From: a bacterium
GTDB lineage: Bacteria > Actinomycetota > Acidimicrobiia > Acidimicrobiales > CATQHL01
Reading direction: 5' to 3'
Assembly: GCA_026713745.1 (NCBI GenBank)
Contig: JAPONU010000285.1
Coordinates: 1 to 39,661 of the forward strand
DNA length: 39,661 nucleotides
In this document: positions 38,018 to 39,661 of the stretch, piece after piece
How the letters are laid out: the number at the start of each line of letters is the position of its first letter
Numbering within the stretch: position 1 is the first letter of the stretch
Made by a program: the position numbers and the translations under genes
Notes under the pieces: generated by a model
Told to the model about the DNA's origin: nothing
Database searches by the model: none
What the model saw: the letters and a program-made list of their open reading frames with translations, nothing else

Positions 38018-38875
38018 TTGCTCACCCTGACCGTCGCCGCCACCGCAGCCGCCGGTGCGTACGCCATGCTGGGCGTCAGCATCGTGGTGCTGCACCGGAT
38101 GGCGGGGGTCGTCAACTTCAGTTGTGCGGTGGTCGGGGCGTTCGGCGCCTACACGACCGCGGTCGCCTTCGATCACGGCTGGCCCATCGGGGCGGCCATG
38201 GGGGCGGGCATCGCCCTGGCCGGCACCCTGGCGACGCTCACCGGCCTGATCTTCGCCCGGTTCTTCGCCACCGCCGACGGCGCGGCCCGTACCGCGGCGA
38301 TGATCGCCGCCACCGTCGGCTTCTTCGCCGTGGGGTTCCGCATCTTCGGCGACGCCCCGCGGAGCGTGCCGGTCCTGTTCCCGGGCGTGTCCTGGTCGGC
38401 GGGCAACGTGGTCGTCACCCTCAGCAGCCTGATCGTGGTCGGCGCGGCGATCCTCACCGTGATCGGTATGACCTGGGTCCTGCGAGGCACGCGCCTGGGT
38501 TCGCAGGTGCGGGCCATGTCCGAGCGGCCGGTCACCGCCGAGTTGCTGGGCGTGCCGATCTACGCCCGCACGGCCCTGGTGTGGGGCTTCACCGGCGTCG
38601 TCTCCGCCTTCGGGATGATCGTGGTGGCGTCGAACCTGCCGGGTGGCTTCTCGAGCCTGGGTTTCCTCATCTTCCCGGCCATGGCAGCGGCGCTGATCGG
38701 CGCTTTCCGCAGCCTTCCCCTGGCGTTCGCCGGCGGCATCGTGGTGGCCGTCATCGAGTCGCTGTCCTCTTACCGCACGTCCTGGGCGGAGTACCGGGGC
38801 GCCGTGCCGTTCCTCATCGCCCTGGTGGTCCTGCTGTGGACCCAGCGCAAGCAGGTCTGGGATGCGGCGCGCTGA
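38018..38875 (+). CDS. LIV-type ABC permease (LivH-like)
   Basis: GAYAMLGVSIVVL..GVVNF, TRLGSQVRAMSE..AELLGV, AALIGAF. Confidence 0.88.
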   Translation: MLTLTVAATAAAGAYAMLGVSIVVLHRMAGVVNFSCAVVGAFGAYTTAVAFDHGWPIGAAMGAGIALAGTLATLTGLIFARFFATADGAARTAAMIAATVGFFAVGFRIFGDAPRSVPVLFPGVSWSAGNVVVTLSSLIVVGAAILTVIGMTWVLRGTRLGSQVRAMSERPVTAELLGVPIYARTALVWGFTGVVSAFGMIVVASNLPGGFSSLGFLIFPAMAAALIGAFRSLPLAFAGGIVVAVIESLSSYRTSWAEYRGAVPFLIALVVLLWTQRKQVWDAAR

Positions 38876-39661
38876 GATCATTGGCACCGGGGCCTACGTC
38901 GCCGGTGTGCTGCTGATCGCCCGCTTCGCCGATGAGTTCTGGCTGTTCCTGCTGACGAGCGCGCTGATCACCGCTCTTGTGGCGGTCAGCGTGGGCGTCA
39001 TCTACGACAGCGCCGGTCTGCTGTCGCTGTGCCAGATGAGCTTCGCCGGCATCGGCGCCTGGACCGTGGGTTGGGTCAGCCACCGATCCGACCTGCCGTT
39101 CCTGGCGCAGTTGCCGCTCGCCGCGCTGGTGGCCCTGGCCGCCGGCATCCTGGTGGGCATTCCGGCCCTGCGCCTGCGGGGCCTGAACCTGGCGGTGTTC
39201 ACGCTGGTGTTCAGCGCCGCGGTGTCGCGGGTGATCTTCGCCGACGGCTTCCCCGGCCTGCTGGAGGGCAACCGCGTGCATCCTCCGGGTTTCGCGGACA
39301 GCGACGCCGGCTTCTTCGGTCTGGTCGCCGTCGCGCTGGGGTTCGTGGCGGTCGTCGTGGTGGCGCTGCGCCGGGCACGCCTGGGCCGCTGGTGGTTCTC
39401 GGTGCGGCGCAGCGAGCGGGCCGTGGCCGCGCTGGGCCGCAGCGTGGTCCGGACCAAGCTCTCGGCCTTCGCCGCCAGCGCCGCCATCGCCGGGCTGGCC
39501 GGCGGCCTGCTGGTCGCCCTCAACGGCGTCGTCAGCGGGGCCAGCTTCGAGCCTCTCGAATCCATGACGATCCTGACCGCGGCGCTGATGTTCGGCGCCG
39601 GGCACTTCGAGGGCGCCCTCCTGGCGGGGCTGTTCGGGCGGCTGATCCCCAACTTCCTGAG
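38862..39661 (+). CDS. LIV-type ABC permease (LivM-like), partial, runs off the window
   Basis: Not in the ORF track. Hand translation gives MRRAEIIG...GLLSLCQMSFAGIGAW...PALRLRGLNLAVFTL...SVRRSERAVAALG...KLSAFA. Confidence 0.88.
   Translation, partial: MRRAEIIGTGAYVAGVLLIARFADEFWLFLLTSALITALVAVSVGVIYDSAGLLSLCQMSFAGIGAWTVGWVSHRSDLPFLAQLPLAALVALAAGILVGIPALRLRGLNLAVFTLVFSAAVSRVIFADGFPGLLEGNRVHPPGFADSDAGFFGLVAVALGFVAVVVVALRRARLGRWWFSVRRSERAVAALGRSVVRTKLSAFAASAAIAGLAGGLLVALNGVVSGASFEPLESMTILTAALMFGAGHFEGALLAGLFGRLIPNFL

Overview
High-GC actinobacterial DNA, probably class Acidimicrobiia (inferred from F420 genes, the GT2/DUF5719 pair, paired CNNM/CBS proteins and Pro-rich lipoprotein solute-binding proteins). 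The left half (1-20 kb) is mostly housekeeping: an OYE/TMADH-family flavoprotein, DUF5719 plus a large membrane GT2, cofD-cofE, an NDP-sugar pyrophosphorylase, a class IV aminotransferase, an M23 peptidase, two HlyC/CorC proteins and a heterodimeric ABC exporter. The right half (20-39.6 kb) is an accessory catabolic region. It holds a kynurenine operon (haaO-kynU-kmo-kynA) preceded by an aldehyde dehydrogenase and a DHDPS-family aldolase, then two AraC / hydrolytic enzyme / LIV-type ABC importer modules (an alpha/beta hydrolase and a nitrilase). This half shows much decay: an internal deletion in the aldolase, a truncated MarR, three orphan 3' gene fragments, an in-frame amber codon in the nitrilase and several short tandem duplications. 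The most unusual signals are (i) two divergent genes that both appear to start at ATC 8 nt after a TANNNT box, (ii) a leaderless repeat-containing 46-aa uORF ahead of the nitrilase, and (iii) the aldolase/ALDH pair linked to the kynurenine genes. No rRNA, tRNA, CRISPR array, transposase or defence system was recognised. Family calls come from motif recognition by eye; no database search was run.
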